Positions 25,002-38,514 of a stretch of 64,000 nucleotides of DNA are shown one piece after another (positions within the stretch are counted from its first letter, which is position 1; every line of letters begins with the position of its first letter). Below the pieces are notes generated by a model. That model was not told the DNA's origin, made no database searches, and saw only the letters and a list, made by a program, of their open reading frames with translations. Position numbers and translations under genes: made by a program. The stretch is from positions 1,426,001 to 1,490,000 of the forward strand of contig BQFW01000015.1 in assembly GCA_020891255.1 (NCBI GenBank). Direction: 5' to 3'. Origin of the DNA: Entomortierella parvispora E1425 (taxonomy: Eukaryota > Fungi > Mortierellomycota).

Positions 25002-27358
25002 TCAATCGTCCCAATCCAGTAGATGATTGGTAGCCTTCTCTAGATCATAGTCGTACTTCTCCAACGCACCACGACTCTGTTCCCTGGTAAAGCCCATGTT
25101 CAACAACTGGTTGATCAACGTTTCCGCATGGGGAGGCGCCGACACAACCTGCTGCTGTTGATCAACTGACGAGTTATCCTCTGGGAAACTTCCCGGTAAG
25201 GCAGGCGTCTTGCTCGGAGTTGTCAATCCAGTAAATACGTCATGGTCCTTGGGCGGTCGAGGTCGAAGGGCTGGTCTCAGGGCAGGACTACCGTTTGCTC
25301 CAGACCCGGGTGTAGCTCCACCCTGCATCATTGAGGTAGGGGGTGGTGGTGGCAAAGGTGGTCGTGGAGGAGTCATAGATCGGTCCAGAGTCACCACATG
25401 ATCGCCAGCAACACCAGTGGACGCATTTGCGGGCAAGTCGCTAGAAGTAGTATCACCTGCTCGATTGGGTCTAGCCGGGACTGGGGGTCGACTAATGGGT
25501 CCACTGACAGTTTGCGCTGTTCCACTAGAAGGAGAGGCGTTCATACCTCTTGGTGGTGGTGGGAGTGGTGGGGGAGAGGGCGATGCGCTTCCAAAACGTG
25601 CCTGTTGTTGAGCAGATGTCATACCACTGATACCACCAGTAGAATGGCGTTGCTGCTGTTGTTGCTGTTGCTGCAATTGATGCTGCTGTTGGTGCTGTTG
25701 CAAAACTTGGTGTTGAAGAGCTAGTCCTGTCAGCTTTGGAGTTGGGGTATAAGCCGCCACAGGGATGGGAGATGAGTTGTATTGGCCAGACCGGACAGGG
25801 TGGGTGTTATTTTCGCCACCATACGAGAACGACGAGTGCAGAGGTTCCGCAGATGAGGTTGGCATCTGTTGAAGTTGCTGTGGCTGAGTCTGCTGATATG
25901 GGTATTGTTGTTGCTGAAGCGATTGCTGTGGTTGGTGAAGATGCTGTTGCTGCTGCTGATGTTGCTGCAACTGTTGTGATGGCTGCTGTTGAATTGACTG
26001 TTGCTGCTCCTGCTGAGGATTAGAATGGGCTCCTCCTCGACCTCCTAATGCGTCGTACTGTGGCCCAGCATTAACACTGTGGCCCATTTGTTGAGTAATC
26101 ACGTCCTTGAGAGCTGCCAAATCGTCGACTGGCGTATCCCATGGGTCTGGCGGTCCAAGTCCTTGTTCAAATTCACGATAATCCAGTCGAGTTGTCGCGA
26201 AAGACGGCTGACTCGATTTCTACAAACATAAAAGCAACGTCAGTCTATAGTCGCAGCACGTTCGCATGTAGTAGAGAGGTGTGGAAAGGCCCTGTTCATG
26301 ATGACTGCCAAATCCTTACCTCTGATGCCACATCTCTTTCGGTCCAGGGTCGAGGAGCTGGATTCGAGCTTGAGTCTTCCTCCAAGCAACTTTCACGCAG
26401 CATTCCCGTGAGCTCAGAGAGAGGAACGGCCTGAACGATGACCTCTTCCTCCGCGTCATCAGAGCCTTGACCTGCGTTGCCGTTATCGTCATGGGGAGAG
26501 GAGCCAGGACTTTGCTGCTGAGGCTGCTGCTGGTCCTGCTCCAAAGGCTGACTGGTCTTCTCATCCTTGGTCTGAACGTGGGCACTCTCTACCACGGGAC
26601 TATCACCTCCTTCAAACTCACTATAGTCAAAGTGATTCTTGTTCTTGATGTCCGAGAATTCGTGCCCATAATCCTTTGGTAGAGATGAAGACGAGACCGT
26701 TGTGGCAGCAACCAAGGTCGGAGTAAGGATCCTTCGGTCATCATTGTCCAAGAAACCTGGTGCAATCTTTCGGGCACGGTTGAGCCGTTCCTGCTTCAGA
26801 CGCGCCTGTCGTTCCTCTGCATAGAGCTTATAAGCGTTTTCTTTGGCCTCCAATACACTGGCTTCCTCAGTCATGATTCGTTGGTACTCTTGAACGATTC
26901 GGTGCTCCAATGTGAATTCGTGGTACCTCTAACGAAGAAAGGTGTTTTAGAAAAGTAGTTGCTAGCGCTTTTTCGTTTGCTTCGGGAGTCAGCCATAGTA
27001 AAAAGAGAATGTGGTTTCCTTACTCTCTGTAAGATATCACTTGGCAAGGCATGCATGTCATAAGGTGGCGATATCTATGGGACAGTTCGAAGAGGCGTCA
27101 GCGACATACCGGTCAGTGGGCCTGTGCCAAGCCATTCAAGAGAGCGCTCGCTCCTCCCTCCAAAACTGCATAATGAACTTACAGGTACGGGAACTTTGAA
27201 GAGAGGCGATGCAATCATTTGCACATTCTTGACATCATGGTACGGCGAGGCATCTATTCAGAGCGACAAAAGATGGAGCAAAGAGGCGCATCAGCAACAG
27301 TCTCTTGTGCCTGCACAATTAATTCCATGTAAAATGTGTCCTTACGATGCTGGGCCAT
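25002..27358 (-). CDS. UBAP1-like ESCRT-I subunit (UMA-like N-terminus, C-terminal UBA)
   Basis: Spliced N-terminus MAQH|HASPYHDVKNVQMIASPLFKVPVP|ISPPYDMHALPSDILQR|RYHEFTLEHRIVQEY resembles the UMA domain. LDYREFEQGLGPPDPWDTPVDDLAALKDVI resembles the UBAP1 DFE..PFD motif. UBA: LINQLLNMGFTREQSRGALEKYDYDLEKATNHLL. The start codon is uncertain. Confidence 0.65.
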
Positions 27359-27676
27359 TGCAAAGGGCTGGGGGATGAGTCAGAGTCCGAAGTCTGGAGT
27401 TTGGTGAAGGTCTGGTGCAGCTGTCTCCTGTATGGGTGTGGTGGGCGGATGTAGATGAATGGTTACAAAGGAAATAGTCGAAAGAGAGAGAGAAAGTCAT
27501 GCGACGTTTGAATGACCGACCACTGAATGCTCCAATGCAGCGCGACACACTGTTAAGGGTATAAATTGCCATGACCCTTCTTCGCCTTTTCTTTTTTTTT
27601 TTTTTTGACATTGTCATCCTGTCCCTTATTTTATTGAACGAGTACAAAAAGACAACCAGGATATCCGAGAAACCGC

Positions 27677-30058
27677 TCAGTCTTCGTCACTGCTTGTGAT
27701 TTCTCCTACGTCGTCGTCATTGATAGATTTGCCGCCCGCGACTGTCTCTGTGAAAGCATTCAATGAGATAGGACCCTTGGTAGGAGGCTTATTAGCTATA
27801 CTCGCAGCAGGTGCTGTCGTTGTCATCGGTGAAGACACCTCCTGAAATACAATAAAACAAACAGGTTAGATAACAGAGCACCATATAGATTAAAATGTCG
27901 CATCAGTTTTTTTTTGGCAGACAGCCTTCGTTACCTTCATTTGGTCCTCCAAGAAGTCAACCAAGTCGTCGTCCTCACTCAATGCTGCTTCAGTATCCAT
28001 GGTCAATTGTGGGGATGGAGAGAAATTGTGCTGCTGTTGTTGCATCTGTTGCTGCTTCAATTGCCGTTCGCGCTCATGGGGCGGGATGGGCATGGGCAAT
28101 TTTGGTGTGCCGCCTGCAGATCCCCCCTGGTTTCCACCAGATCCCAGCCTGGACATTCTTGACGATGCTGACGCCTTTGGGGTAGAGCTAACGGAGCCTG
28201 GCATTGCTGGGGAGCCACCTATGCGGCTGCTTTCAGTGTCCAAGCCACCACCACCACCATTAAATCCCAATCCACCCACTGGAGTTGAAAGACCCAGGCC
28301 AACCGCGCCAACCTGATGAGTGGGCCGTGAAACATCAGTGTTCCTTGTTCGCCTTGCTTTTTTGTGTCTCCGTCCTTCATCCTGAGATCCAGAATCGGAA
28401 TCCGATGAACCAGACCCAGATCCAGAATCTGATCTCGAATCTGACCCTGATCCTGAACTTGAACTGCCTGATGAGCTTCCTGAGCTGGACCCTGACCCTG
28501 AGCTTGATGACCCTGATTCTGAGTCACTGCCAGATGATGATCTCTTCCTTGGCCGTGGAATTTTGGCATTGCCTCGGTTTGATGATATTGGGGGGGCCAG
28601 TGGACTCGATGTGGGGAATGTTCCACCTGGCCCGTTGGGGGTTCCTCCAATTACGCCAGTAGAGGGGGTGTTGACAGATTGTGGTCGTGCTGCTGGTGGT
28701 GGAGGCATTGGAATTTTTCTTCTTGGTTTTGGTGTTCCTGGTCCTGCAGCAGATGCTGCTGTAGCTGCAGGAGAAGTTCCGCTCGTTGATCCAAATGAAG
28801 TGGATGGCAGAGATGGAGGTAAAGGTGAAGAGACGATACTGCTGGGCGTATGGAAGTTTGTCGCAGCACTGGTACCACCAGGTGTCGCAGTCAGGGAGAT
28901 AATTGGCGTTACAACCTCTTCCATTTCCTCTTCGTCGTCACCTTCATCGTCACCATCATCTCCGTCCTGCTCCCCATCCGATGCATTAATAGCATCTTCA
29001 ATCTCCATAAGCAGGTCATCGTCGTCCTCAACTCCAATGGAATCTCTCCGATTAGGAGAGGACGATGTAGGAGATAAATCTGACGGCCGGGATCCTTGGC
29101 CATTAGGTGCTGCCCCACTGTCCCTGTTTCCTGTACCAGATGCGCTAGCGTTGCTCTTTTGTGATCGTGACGAGGATGCTGGTAAAGCTAATGGCGGCGA
29201 TGTCGTTGAAGCTCCTCCTGGCTTATTCTGGCTGCCTGTGCTGCTGCGATGATTAGTGTGGCTCTCTATCCTGTTTGATCCGTTTCGTTGATTGGACATA
29301 ACCGGTGCCGAAGTCACTGAGCTTGGAGCTGGAGAATGTGCTACGGCGGCGTTAGGGTCGAACTTGCTATTCGGCACCAAGAGGACCTGCTTGGCTGCAT
29401 CCTTGTTCTTTCTGTTTTGAATAAAAGAGAATGCAGAATGTTGTCGCTCCAGCGTAAAAGTCTACATCGATAAGAAACATTGATGGGTTCTTGTGAGCTT
29501 CCATGTTATCCTTTGTGCTTTCCATTGCATTGGTCATTCTTCTCGTAGTACCTGAGTCTCCTCATCAAAGATCAACAGGCAATCGACAGGTCGCAGTTTC
29601 CTTGCAGGAGATGACCAGGAATACGACTCTGCACCAGCATTTGTGCTGCCGCTACCATTAGCCACAGCCGATCCATTGGGGCCCGTATGGCCGTTGAGAT
29701 GTCCACCTGCCGCAGAGGATCCATCTGGATTGGACGCGGACCCGCTGTTCCCTGAAAACTCAAGCTCGAATGTATCGCCCTTGCTGACTAGACCGCCAGG
29801 CCGAGATTTGTCTACAGATTCTGGCTGAAAGTTGTCTATGATATCCAAAAATAGAGGCAGAAAGAGGCAACATGAGAAAAAAAAAATTGATGAACATGGT
29901 GCGTCTGTGGTTGCAGGGGTCAAAAATTATTCGCGAGTTCTCCAAAAGTTACATTTGAACTGAAAAAACTCGTTGGACGGAAGAGAGGGGTCGTCTCCGT
30001 TCGTCAGGGAGGACCCGCACTGGACCTTGTAAACACCCTTGGCGTCCCAGCCAACCAT
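27677..30058 (-). CDS. ELL-associated factor (EAF) N-terminal domain protein
   Basis: MVGWDAKGVYKVQCGSSL..FFQFK|YNFQPESVDKSRPG..RPVDCLLIFDEETQ|TFTLER matches the EAF N-terminal domain. A long S/P/D-rich tail ends ITSSDED*. Confidence 0.8.
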
Positions 30059-30471
30059 TGTGTCTTGGTAATGTGTGCCAAATGAGCCTTTGAGTGATGA
30101 ATGAGGGGCACGTTCAATGTAGGGAAGGTGAAAAGAGGGCAGGTCCGCGGGTGAATTGGGGGGGGGGGGAAATGAATGAAGGATCTCTGGATGTTTCTAA
30201 TGGTTATTGGTGTGATACATATCGTGATAGAGAAAATATAGGGCGAGAAGGAGAAAAAGGCAAAAAATATCGATAACCAATGGATGGATGAAGAAAGAAG
30301 TGAAAAGATGAATGCATCATTTGCATGGCACAAACTTCTCCTCGCCTCAAGGGCCTGTGTGGTGCGTTAAGGGGCGTGGCATGGCATTTCGTTCTTTTTT
30401 TTTTTTTTTTTTTTTTGGGGTACACAATCAAGTTCATTCAGAAAATATGTGTCCTATGCAACTTGTAAAAC

Positions 30472-32029
30472 CTAACGGAACTCGAACGACGAGAAGCTCC
30501 TTTGCTCCACATGACTGAGCGAGAGTTTTTGGAACCTAGGAGGGAAGTAAAAAGAGTACGCGCTCATTTAGTAAGAGTTCTCAGCTCCAGAATACAATGC
30601 AAAGTCCATTTTTGAACCAATACATACTTTTCGCTGGCCTGATGGTAATAGTAGCCACTGATCTGTCCTGTCGACTTGCTGTAGCAAATATAGTAGAATC
30701 CTGCGAAGCTGGCTCCAGAGATCCCCTCCACTCGATGGTCTGGTACCAAAAAGTGCTCCTTCCACCGCATAAAGATCACATCCTCATTTCGAAAGTCAAA
30801 GTAAGAAGGATCATACTTGAGGTGGCGACGACGTTTCCGTTGTTGCGGTTGCTGTTGTTGATTTTGGCGGCGACGTCGTCGACGACGATGGGGGTTTGAA
30901 TGAGATTCTCCCGATAGGTGGTGTGAACTTTGTACATCATCGTCATTTGAGGCACCATGACCGACCGCGCTATGATCGCTGTCGTCCTCTTGGATATCAT
31001 CTTCATCACTGTCGCCTTCATCGCGACCATCATAATAAGTAGAGTGGCAGTCAGATTCCTGACTGTCGCCAGTATCGTCCTCGTCAATACTGTCGAATCC
31101 ATTTACGCCTCCAGACAACCCAGCAAACACAGATCTTGAGATTCGTTCAAAAGGTTTGAACAGCGTCTATCAGAAAAAGAAATGACCTGTGATATCAGTC
31201 GACCATCACAGTGGCTCAATCATGAGAGTGCCTAGAATGTACATTCTCCTACCCAGTGTTCTTCATCAACAGAATCGTCCGCATCCCATCTCCTTGTAAA
31301 GAAAGAGTGTTTTGGCCCAATCATCTCGGCTTCGAAATAGGTTGTCAACTCCGGGTATTCCTCGGTCAAGCCCCGGATGTGCAGATAACCATACAGGGTC
31401 GACTCATTCAGATCGACATGCTTGATATCGACCATCACGTCGTAGCTATGGCTGTTCGACCTTTGTTTTCCTCGAAACTGGGATCCTGCGTAGAGATGAC
31501 CGGTCTGTGTCGATGGCCTCCTTGCGGGCGCAAAGGGATCTGAGGGAGTTGATTGCTTCACCATGGACAATCCCTTTTGCGTCCGATGCTCTGACCGTTT
31601 CTCGCCTGTGCTCAAATGCGGGGCCAGGGCGCCCATTTGAATAAACGACTCTTTGACCCTCCGTGAGAACTTGGCCATTGGTAATGAATTTGGATGACAG
31701 GGACAGCTCGCCAAATGCTCCCTATCCTTGCTTAGAAAGAGCTCGAGCATAGTCGGGATGTGATTCTCCACCTGCTCGTCCACCGAACTTGGTGGGGACA
31801 GGACAGAGTTGTTCGCGGGCACAAACTGCTGGGATAATATGTTCAAGGTCGCTGGCTCGGTCAAGTCGAGGTCCATCTGGAGGTCCCCCTGATTGTTGCC
31901 ATCGCCATCAAAGAGCCGAGGACAGATGCATGTGTTTTGTAATTGAGCTGCCTCGCCTCTCAGATCTGCAAGTGCCTCCATGGTGGAATCACTCCCTCGA
32001 CTATTTTCCATTAGCCTATGGACTGGCAT
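30472..32029 (-). CDS. GID4: GID/CTLH complex Pro/N-recognin Gid4/Vid24
   Basis: [87 protein letters not shown]|FQKLSL. Confidence 0.92.
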
Positions 32030-32492
32030 TGTCTTTTAGGGTAAAGGTCCTGGTTGCAGTCCTGAATATCTTGGGCACGGTTTGTTCTGTGAAGAGAATG
32101 AGGTCCTGTTCAAGGGAGAGGACGACAGCGCAGTGTGAGATGTGTAGCAACAGTAGGTTGGCTGGGTATGGCTGGCTGGTTGAGTGGCTGCAATGATGAG
32201 ACGAAGGAAGGGAAGAAGTGAAGGAAAGAAGCGAATGAAGCGAATGAATGAATGAATGAATGCAGCGCACGTTTCCTTTCCCAGGACAGCAGGCAAGTCG
32301 GCCAGGTCCAAAAACAGCAGTGCGACCCAGAAGCCCCCCAAGTGGTGCCGTGACCTGCACACAAGATCCAATGGGAGGCAATTCTCCCCGGTTCCACTTG
32401 CCCCGTGCGACCCAAAATCACCCTTCCCTTTTCAAGTCATTTCTGTGTGTTGTGTGTGTATCATTCATTCATGATGGATTACAAGAGATATT

Positions 32493-34728
32493 TTAATGGC
32501 GACGTCTTTTGTTTGATTCTGCATCCTCATCGCGATCCCGGTCTCGGTACTCGCGACCACTGCTGCGACTATGGCCTCCAGAGCGGTCGTCTCGGTCCCG
32601 GTCTCTGTCTCTGTCATAGTCTCTCCTTCCCCTGCCACTGGAGGACAAACCCCGGTCTCTAGAGTCCCTTCTTGAACGGTCGGCATCTCGATCATCGTAG
32701 CCGCGTCTGCTGTCTCGCCTGCTGTCTCGATCGCCATCTTGGTATCTACCCCGACCTTGGTCACTGCGCCGCTCTCCTAGTTGAGTATCATTTGCATTGT
32801 CTCTCTTGTCGAAACTAGATCCAGATCCGCCTCGATCACCTCCTCGTCCACCCCGACCACCAAAGCCGCCTCGTCCGCCGCCAATGCCTCCTCCAAGTTT
32901 TGATGCAATTTTGAAATCATCTCCTCGGAATCCCGCCATCTTGTGACGCTGTTGCATGCCCCGCATTGCTGGATCTGTCCAACCAGATGGCCTAGAAGTG
33001 TCCTGATCCTTCAAGGTAGTGTACTTTGTTTGACCGGCCCGTCCAAAGTTACGGACCTGCATGATCTTTGGCAGAGCCTTGATATCCTTGACTGCATCTG
33101 GTGTGGCCTCGTTAGTGGAGCGTTTCAAAATGGCCTCGTCCGTATCCTGGTTGAAAGATGCAATGGCTCGACGTTAGTAAATGTCATTCCTCTGCTGCCC
33201 TTTACTATCCTGCGAGATCTCTTCCCAAAACAAAAAAGAAAAAAAAGATACATACCATAAAGAAAGCACCTTTGTGATGGTACTTTTCAACAGTCCCGCT
33301 AGACTTGAGTGCTTGCTCCTCTTTCGCCTTCTTTGCTAGATACGCCATATCCTCTTTGACTCGTTCCTCCTCTGTTAACTCACGTCTACGTTCAATTTCA
33401 GCTTTCTCGGCCTCGCGACTATGGTATCGTAAAGCAATAAATGAGTGGTTATATCACAATCTTTTGCATAGAAAACGTTCAGAAAACAGGGAAGTGTCTC
33501 CTATTGTGCACGCCACTACTTACGCTTCCAATTCTTCACGGTCCCGCTTGATGCGCTTCAGTTCACGCAGCTTCCATTGCTCAAATTCAGCCTCTTCGTC
33601 CAAGCCATCGGTATCATCAACATCCGCAAGATTGTCAACATCTGGGACTTCTTCCACCATGGCCTGTCTGGCGACGTATTCCTTGAGCATCTGGTGCGAC
33701 TCCTTTTTGCGGGCCTCGATCTCCTCCAGTCTAGCCTTCTCGGCTAACTCTGCAGCCACTTCTGCCTTGAGCGTCTCATCAATGGTAATACGCTGCGACC
33801 TAAAAACAGGCAAACAATCGGTGAGTGAACACGGCAACTGGCACTGTTGCTACCTTCCTTTGCTCCTTACTTTGGTACAAATACAGGCTTTAGCAGCTTG
33901 CGCCTTGGTGTATCGTCCTCCGACGATTCCTCTTCTGACCCCGAGGATGTTTCCTCTTCTGATGATCCTTCACTCTCCTATTGTTTTGAGATAATTTTTT
34001 TGAAGGTGAGTTCTCTCACTCTCCTATTTCTCCAATGCAAGTAGCTCCCTATGCATGACATGGTTGATGATGCTTACCTCTCCACGACGCCTTGATCTAC
34101 TGGGTCTATTGTCTTCATCATCTTCCTTTTCTTCTTCACCTTGACCCCAGAGCTCCTCTTCTCCCTCGGCTTCCTCGCGCAATGCCCGGGCCCTTGCTGC
34201 CTTCCGTCTCCTCAATGCCGCCTCTTCCTCGTCTTCTTCCTCATTGTCATCCTCGTCTTCCTGATCCTCTTCACTTTCACTTCCTCCACGCCTCCGAGAT
34301 CGGGCATCACCACGACTTCTGCGATCTTCAAGCTGAATCGCTTGTAGACGGGCCAATCTTCGATCTCCTCCTGCTGCTGGTACAGGCAGATCTCCTCCTT
34401 TTTGCCGTTGATGCTCAGCCTTCTCCCGTCGGCGTTCCTCGGCCATTTTTTCAACATTGATGATCTGATAGGCGGTCCTGCGTTCTGGCTGGGCGCCTTG
34501 GTCTCCGATGGATACATTAATTTTTCTGGACACGCCTCCTTCGTTTGCACGACGACGACCATTTCCGTCCTGGTCATCTTCGTCCGAAGAGGATTCTAAT
34601 GCAGGATCAACATAACCCTCAGGTGCCTGTCCAGCGCGGTAGCGTTGTACCTTGACGGGCTGGAGAGCTTCCTTTTTGGATCCCGAGGTCGAGTTTAGTG
34701 AAGGGAGTCCGGCTCGTTTGGAGGACAT
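32493..34728 (-). CDS. MFAP1: Spliceosomal B-complex protein MFAP1
   Basis: VKVQRYRAGQAPE, DRRLARLQ, VDDTDGLDEEAEFEQWKLRELKRIKRDREE, LPKIMQVRNFGRAGQTKYTTLKDQDTS. Confidence 0.92.
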
Positions 34729-34869
34729 GGCAGCACAATTGGATGAATGGATGAATGAAATGCATGAATGGCGCGGTTGTTTTGTCAAAATGTCAGTCGT
34801 CATGTGACTGGCAGTCCAGGCCAGCTCCTTTTTGATGATTTGGTTTTTTTATATGGAGGGTGTTATTTT

Positions 34870-36691
34870 CTATTCGAAGTGGAAGCTATGACCACGGCCG
34901 CCCTGGCTATGTCCGTGGCTATGTCCATGGCCTCCGAATGGGTTTCCACCGCCACCGAAAGGTGAGCCACCTCCAAATCCTCCGCCGCCAAAGGGCGATC
35001 CACCACCCATGCCTCCTTGTTGGTTCATAAACATCTGATAGAACATCGAGTTGACATCTCCACCACCAAAATCATCCATACCACCTCCCATACCGCCACC
35101 TTCGATATCCATACCAGAGTCATAACGGTGCTTCTTGGTGGGATCGCTTAATACTCCGTATGCCTCTCCGATATCCTTGAACTTGGCCTCTGCTGCGGCA
35201 TCGCCGTCATTCTTGTCTGGATGGTAGATCAAGGCCTGTCTCCTGTATGCTTTCTTAATCTCACTCTCGCCAGCGTCCTTGCTTACACCCAAGACCTTGT
35301 AGTAATCCTTACGCAAGGACTTCTTGAGCTCGAGCTCTGCTGCTTGCAGCTCGCGGCGAATGTCTCTGTTGGTCTTGTCTTGTTCCAGCGCAGACTTGAG
35401 GTCCCGAACGGCATCCTCATATTGCTCCAACTTGAGTTGGCACTCAGCACGCTTTCGCAGAACTTTAGTGAACGATGGATCCAATGCCAAACTAGAGTCG
35501 CAGTCCTTGACGGCCTCTTCGTACCGAGACAACTTGGCCAAAACAGTGGCTCTGTTGGAGAACAATTTGCTGTTGGTGCCCTCGTTCTCGGGGTCAAGCG
35601 CCAGCGCTGAGGTGTAGAGATCGTAGGCTTCTTGCAGCTTGCCGGCCTTGAAGGCATCGTTTCCGGCAGACTTTTGAGCCTCGAGGCTCTTGGCCTTCTT
35701 CATCAGCACACGAGCCTTTGTACAATCGGGGTCGCAACGCAGGGCCTCTGAACAATGAGTGATGGCTTTGACGTTTTCACCCTGGCTGTACAGAACCTGG
35801 GCTCGAAGGTAGATGGCATCAGAGTTTTGTGAATCCTGGCGAAGAAGGTCCATGGCCACTGAGCTGGCTCCGCTGAAGTCCTTCTTGCCAATTAGACACT
35901 CTCCCTTCCAGATCAGCCACTTCTTTGGCTGAATCTCGACCAAGCCCAGCAGGCGGTCGACGGCATTAGCACCAAGGCCGAACTGCTTGTTGTTCATGTA
36001 CTGCTGGACTTGTTCGATCTGGCTCTGCACATAAGCCACTTGGGCGCTTTCCTTGACTGCCTGTGCATTGTTGGGCTCCAGTTCCAAAGTTTTGGTATAC
36101 AATCTGATGGACTCGCTCACGTTACCCAACTGCAACTGGCATTTTGCTCCACGGAGGTATCCCTACGAATAAGTATTGAAAAAATACGTTAGAACTCCAT
36201 TGAGCGTATTACAAATAGATGATGATTGATCTACCAGGTACAAAATTCCTAACTCTTGGTTACCTTGACAAATCCAGGGTCCAGTCGAACGGCAGTCTGA
36301 CAATCCTTTGAGGCTTCACTGTACTTCTTGATCATCATTAGTGCAGCAGATCGGTTTCCGTAATATGTTGCGTTTGAGGGCTCCAGCTTGATCGACTGGC
36401 TGTAGAGATCGACAGCTCCTGTATAGTTGCCGACTTTGTATTCCTGGTTAGCCTGTGCCTTGATTTGCTCAGCAGTCCTAAGGATAAGGCACACAATGTA
36501 AACAGAACGGCATTAGCGAATAGTAAAGGGTAAACTGAAGTAGAGACAGCAAGCAGAAGACCAAGGCAAAGCACGGCCCTTGCAACACTGCAGCACAAGC
36601 GCAGGGGCAGTTGCGTGCCCACCTTCATAGCAAGAAAAAACACTTACAAGGGGGTCTCCATTTGATCTATATCCATGGCTTCTGCGGGCAT
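34870..36691 (-). CDS. DNAJC7: TPR plus J-domain co-chaperone DNAJC7/Tpr2
   Basis: Multiple TPRs ([17 protein letters not shown]; [13 protein letters not shown]; [10 protein letters not shown]) followed by a J domain, [15 protein letters not shown]. The HPD motif is intact. Confidence 0.93.
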
Positions 36692-37245
36692 GTTTGGTTA
36701 TATTAAGAGGGGGTGATGGGCCTTGCAGCAAAACTGAATGGAGAGGAAGTAAACAAGGACGATTGTAGATTGATTCACACAAGTACGGTAGGTAGTGAGT
36801 CAAGTCAGGGATGATCGCTCCGAAGACGAGGGTTGAGACTGAGAAGGCGAGAGAGAGAGAGAGAAGAGAGAGAAGAGAGAGGGGAAGGGAAAGAAAGCAG
36901 CCTTGATGTTGCGACTGAATCAGAGGATGCTTCGATGGCGAGCAGGCGGGGAGGGGAAGAGAGGGAGGGAAGAAGGAAGGAAGAAGAAGGAACAAGGGCG
37001 AAGAAAAAAAAGAGTCAGTTTTCCCTCTGCAAAAACGGCCCTGAGTTCCGCACATGGGACGGACAATGTAAAATAGATAACGTGACTGCGGCACTGTGGA
37101 AGAGGATGGAAGCAAGGACGCTGCTGGCTCGTCTGATCTCTAATTGACAGCCCTCTCTAATTGAACGAATGATTGGTGGCAACTGCTGATGTATTTGGAC
37201 GGGGACGGGAACGCTATGTACAAGAAGACAAGAAGATCATTCTCT

Positions 37246-38142
37246 CTACTTGTCCAAACCGGCCGCCTTCTTGGCAGTCTCCATCGTCTCTTTCAGAAGA
37301 GCACCCATCTTTTGCGCTCCAGTCTTGACACCGTCCATGACTGAGTCCCCCGAATGTTTCGCGTCCTCCTTCACCTTGTAAGCGTAGTCTTTGCTCTCGG
37401 GCGACCGGTTCTTGTCTCCCATCTCCTTAGCCTGGGTTACGGCTTGATCGACATATCCTTCTCCAGAGAGTTTTGCATTCTCGGCCTGGTCCTTGATCTG
37501 CTCGGCCCACTTTTGACCGTCTTCCTGAGAAGCCATCTTTTCGGCTCTGCTCTTTGCCTTTTGGGCGTAGTCTGGGCCTTGCTTCGAGGCCATCTCACCC
37601 AAGTGCCTGGCTTCATTCTTGGCCACTTTCAAGTATTCTCGACCCTCCTCTGTGAGACTGTCGCCCACACCTTGAGCCTTGTCTGAGTATTCCTTGCTGG
37701 CCTTGGCGATGTTCTTGCCTATAACCTGGGCTCTTTCTTTCATATCGGTCAAGAGCGTATCACCGTCACCATGTAAATGATCTACGGTCTCTCTCTGAAG
37801 ATGCTCAACGTTTCGAGGGTGGGGCTCCCGGTCGGCCTTAACATTGGCTTCACTCTCGGAAGCGTCTTCTTGCTTCCAGCCAGGGGCGTGCTTGATGACA
37901 GTCTTGTCTTTTTTTCTTTGATGAAGCTCATTAAATTGTGCGTTGCTAAGAAAGGGACAGACACAAGAAAGATGAATGTGGGTTAGCTTGATGTTTACAA
38001 GTTCCAAGGTTCTGGACGGCCAAGGCAAGACTTACTTTGAGAGTGCCCGTGAGAGAGCGGGCGGTCTGAGGTGGGCAGTGGTGCTGGGGTTGGCCAAAGC
38101 CACGTTCATGGATCGGCGGACAGAGTGGCGATAAAGTGACAT
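37246..38142 (-). CDS. LEA-like hydrophilic protein with a probable mitochondrial presequence
   Basis: Exon 1 MSLYRHSVRRSMNVALANPSTTAHLRPPALSRALS is Arg/Ser-rich with no acidic residues. An intron of about 90 nt follows, then HAPGWKQEDASESEANVKADR and K/A/E-rich helical repeats (YAQKAKSRAE, YAYKVKEDAK). TATAAAA at 38237-38243. Confidence 0.7.
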
Positions 38143-38514
38143 GTTTAGAAGTAGGTGCTGTGTATGGTAGAGAGGTTTCTTTGTTGAAGGAAGGGAGTAT
38201 GGGAAACGACAAGAAAGGATGGGGCAAAGTAGGGTCTTTTATAGAGCACGGTCCACTGCCACGAGCAATGATGAGGATATGATCTACATTAATGCGACAG
38301 TCTGACATCATTTGCCAAATCTGGCGCCCCTTTTCATTCAAGTTTGCACGGGCCTGCATCCGGGGTCGGCGGAATGCGACCGTTACTTTCGTCGTCGTAC
38401 AAACTCCTTTCGCAGATCATTGTATGTGAATCATTCGGTTTATTAATTAATATTAGAAAAATATGTACACGTCCTGCCTCTTCTTCGTTGCAATGGCACT
38501 TTTAACTATGGTTT

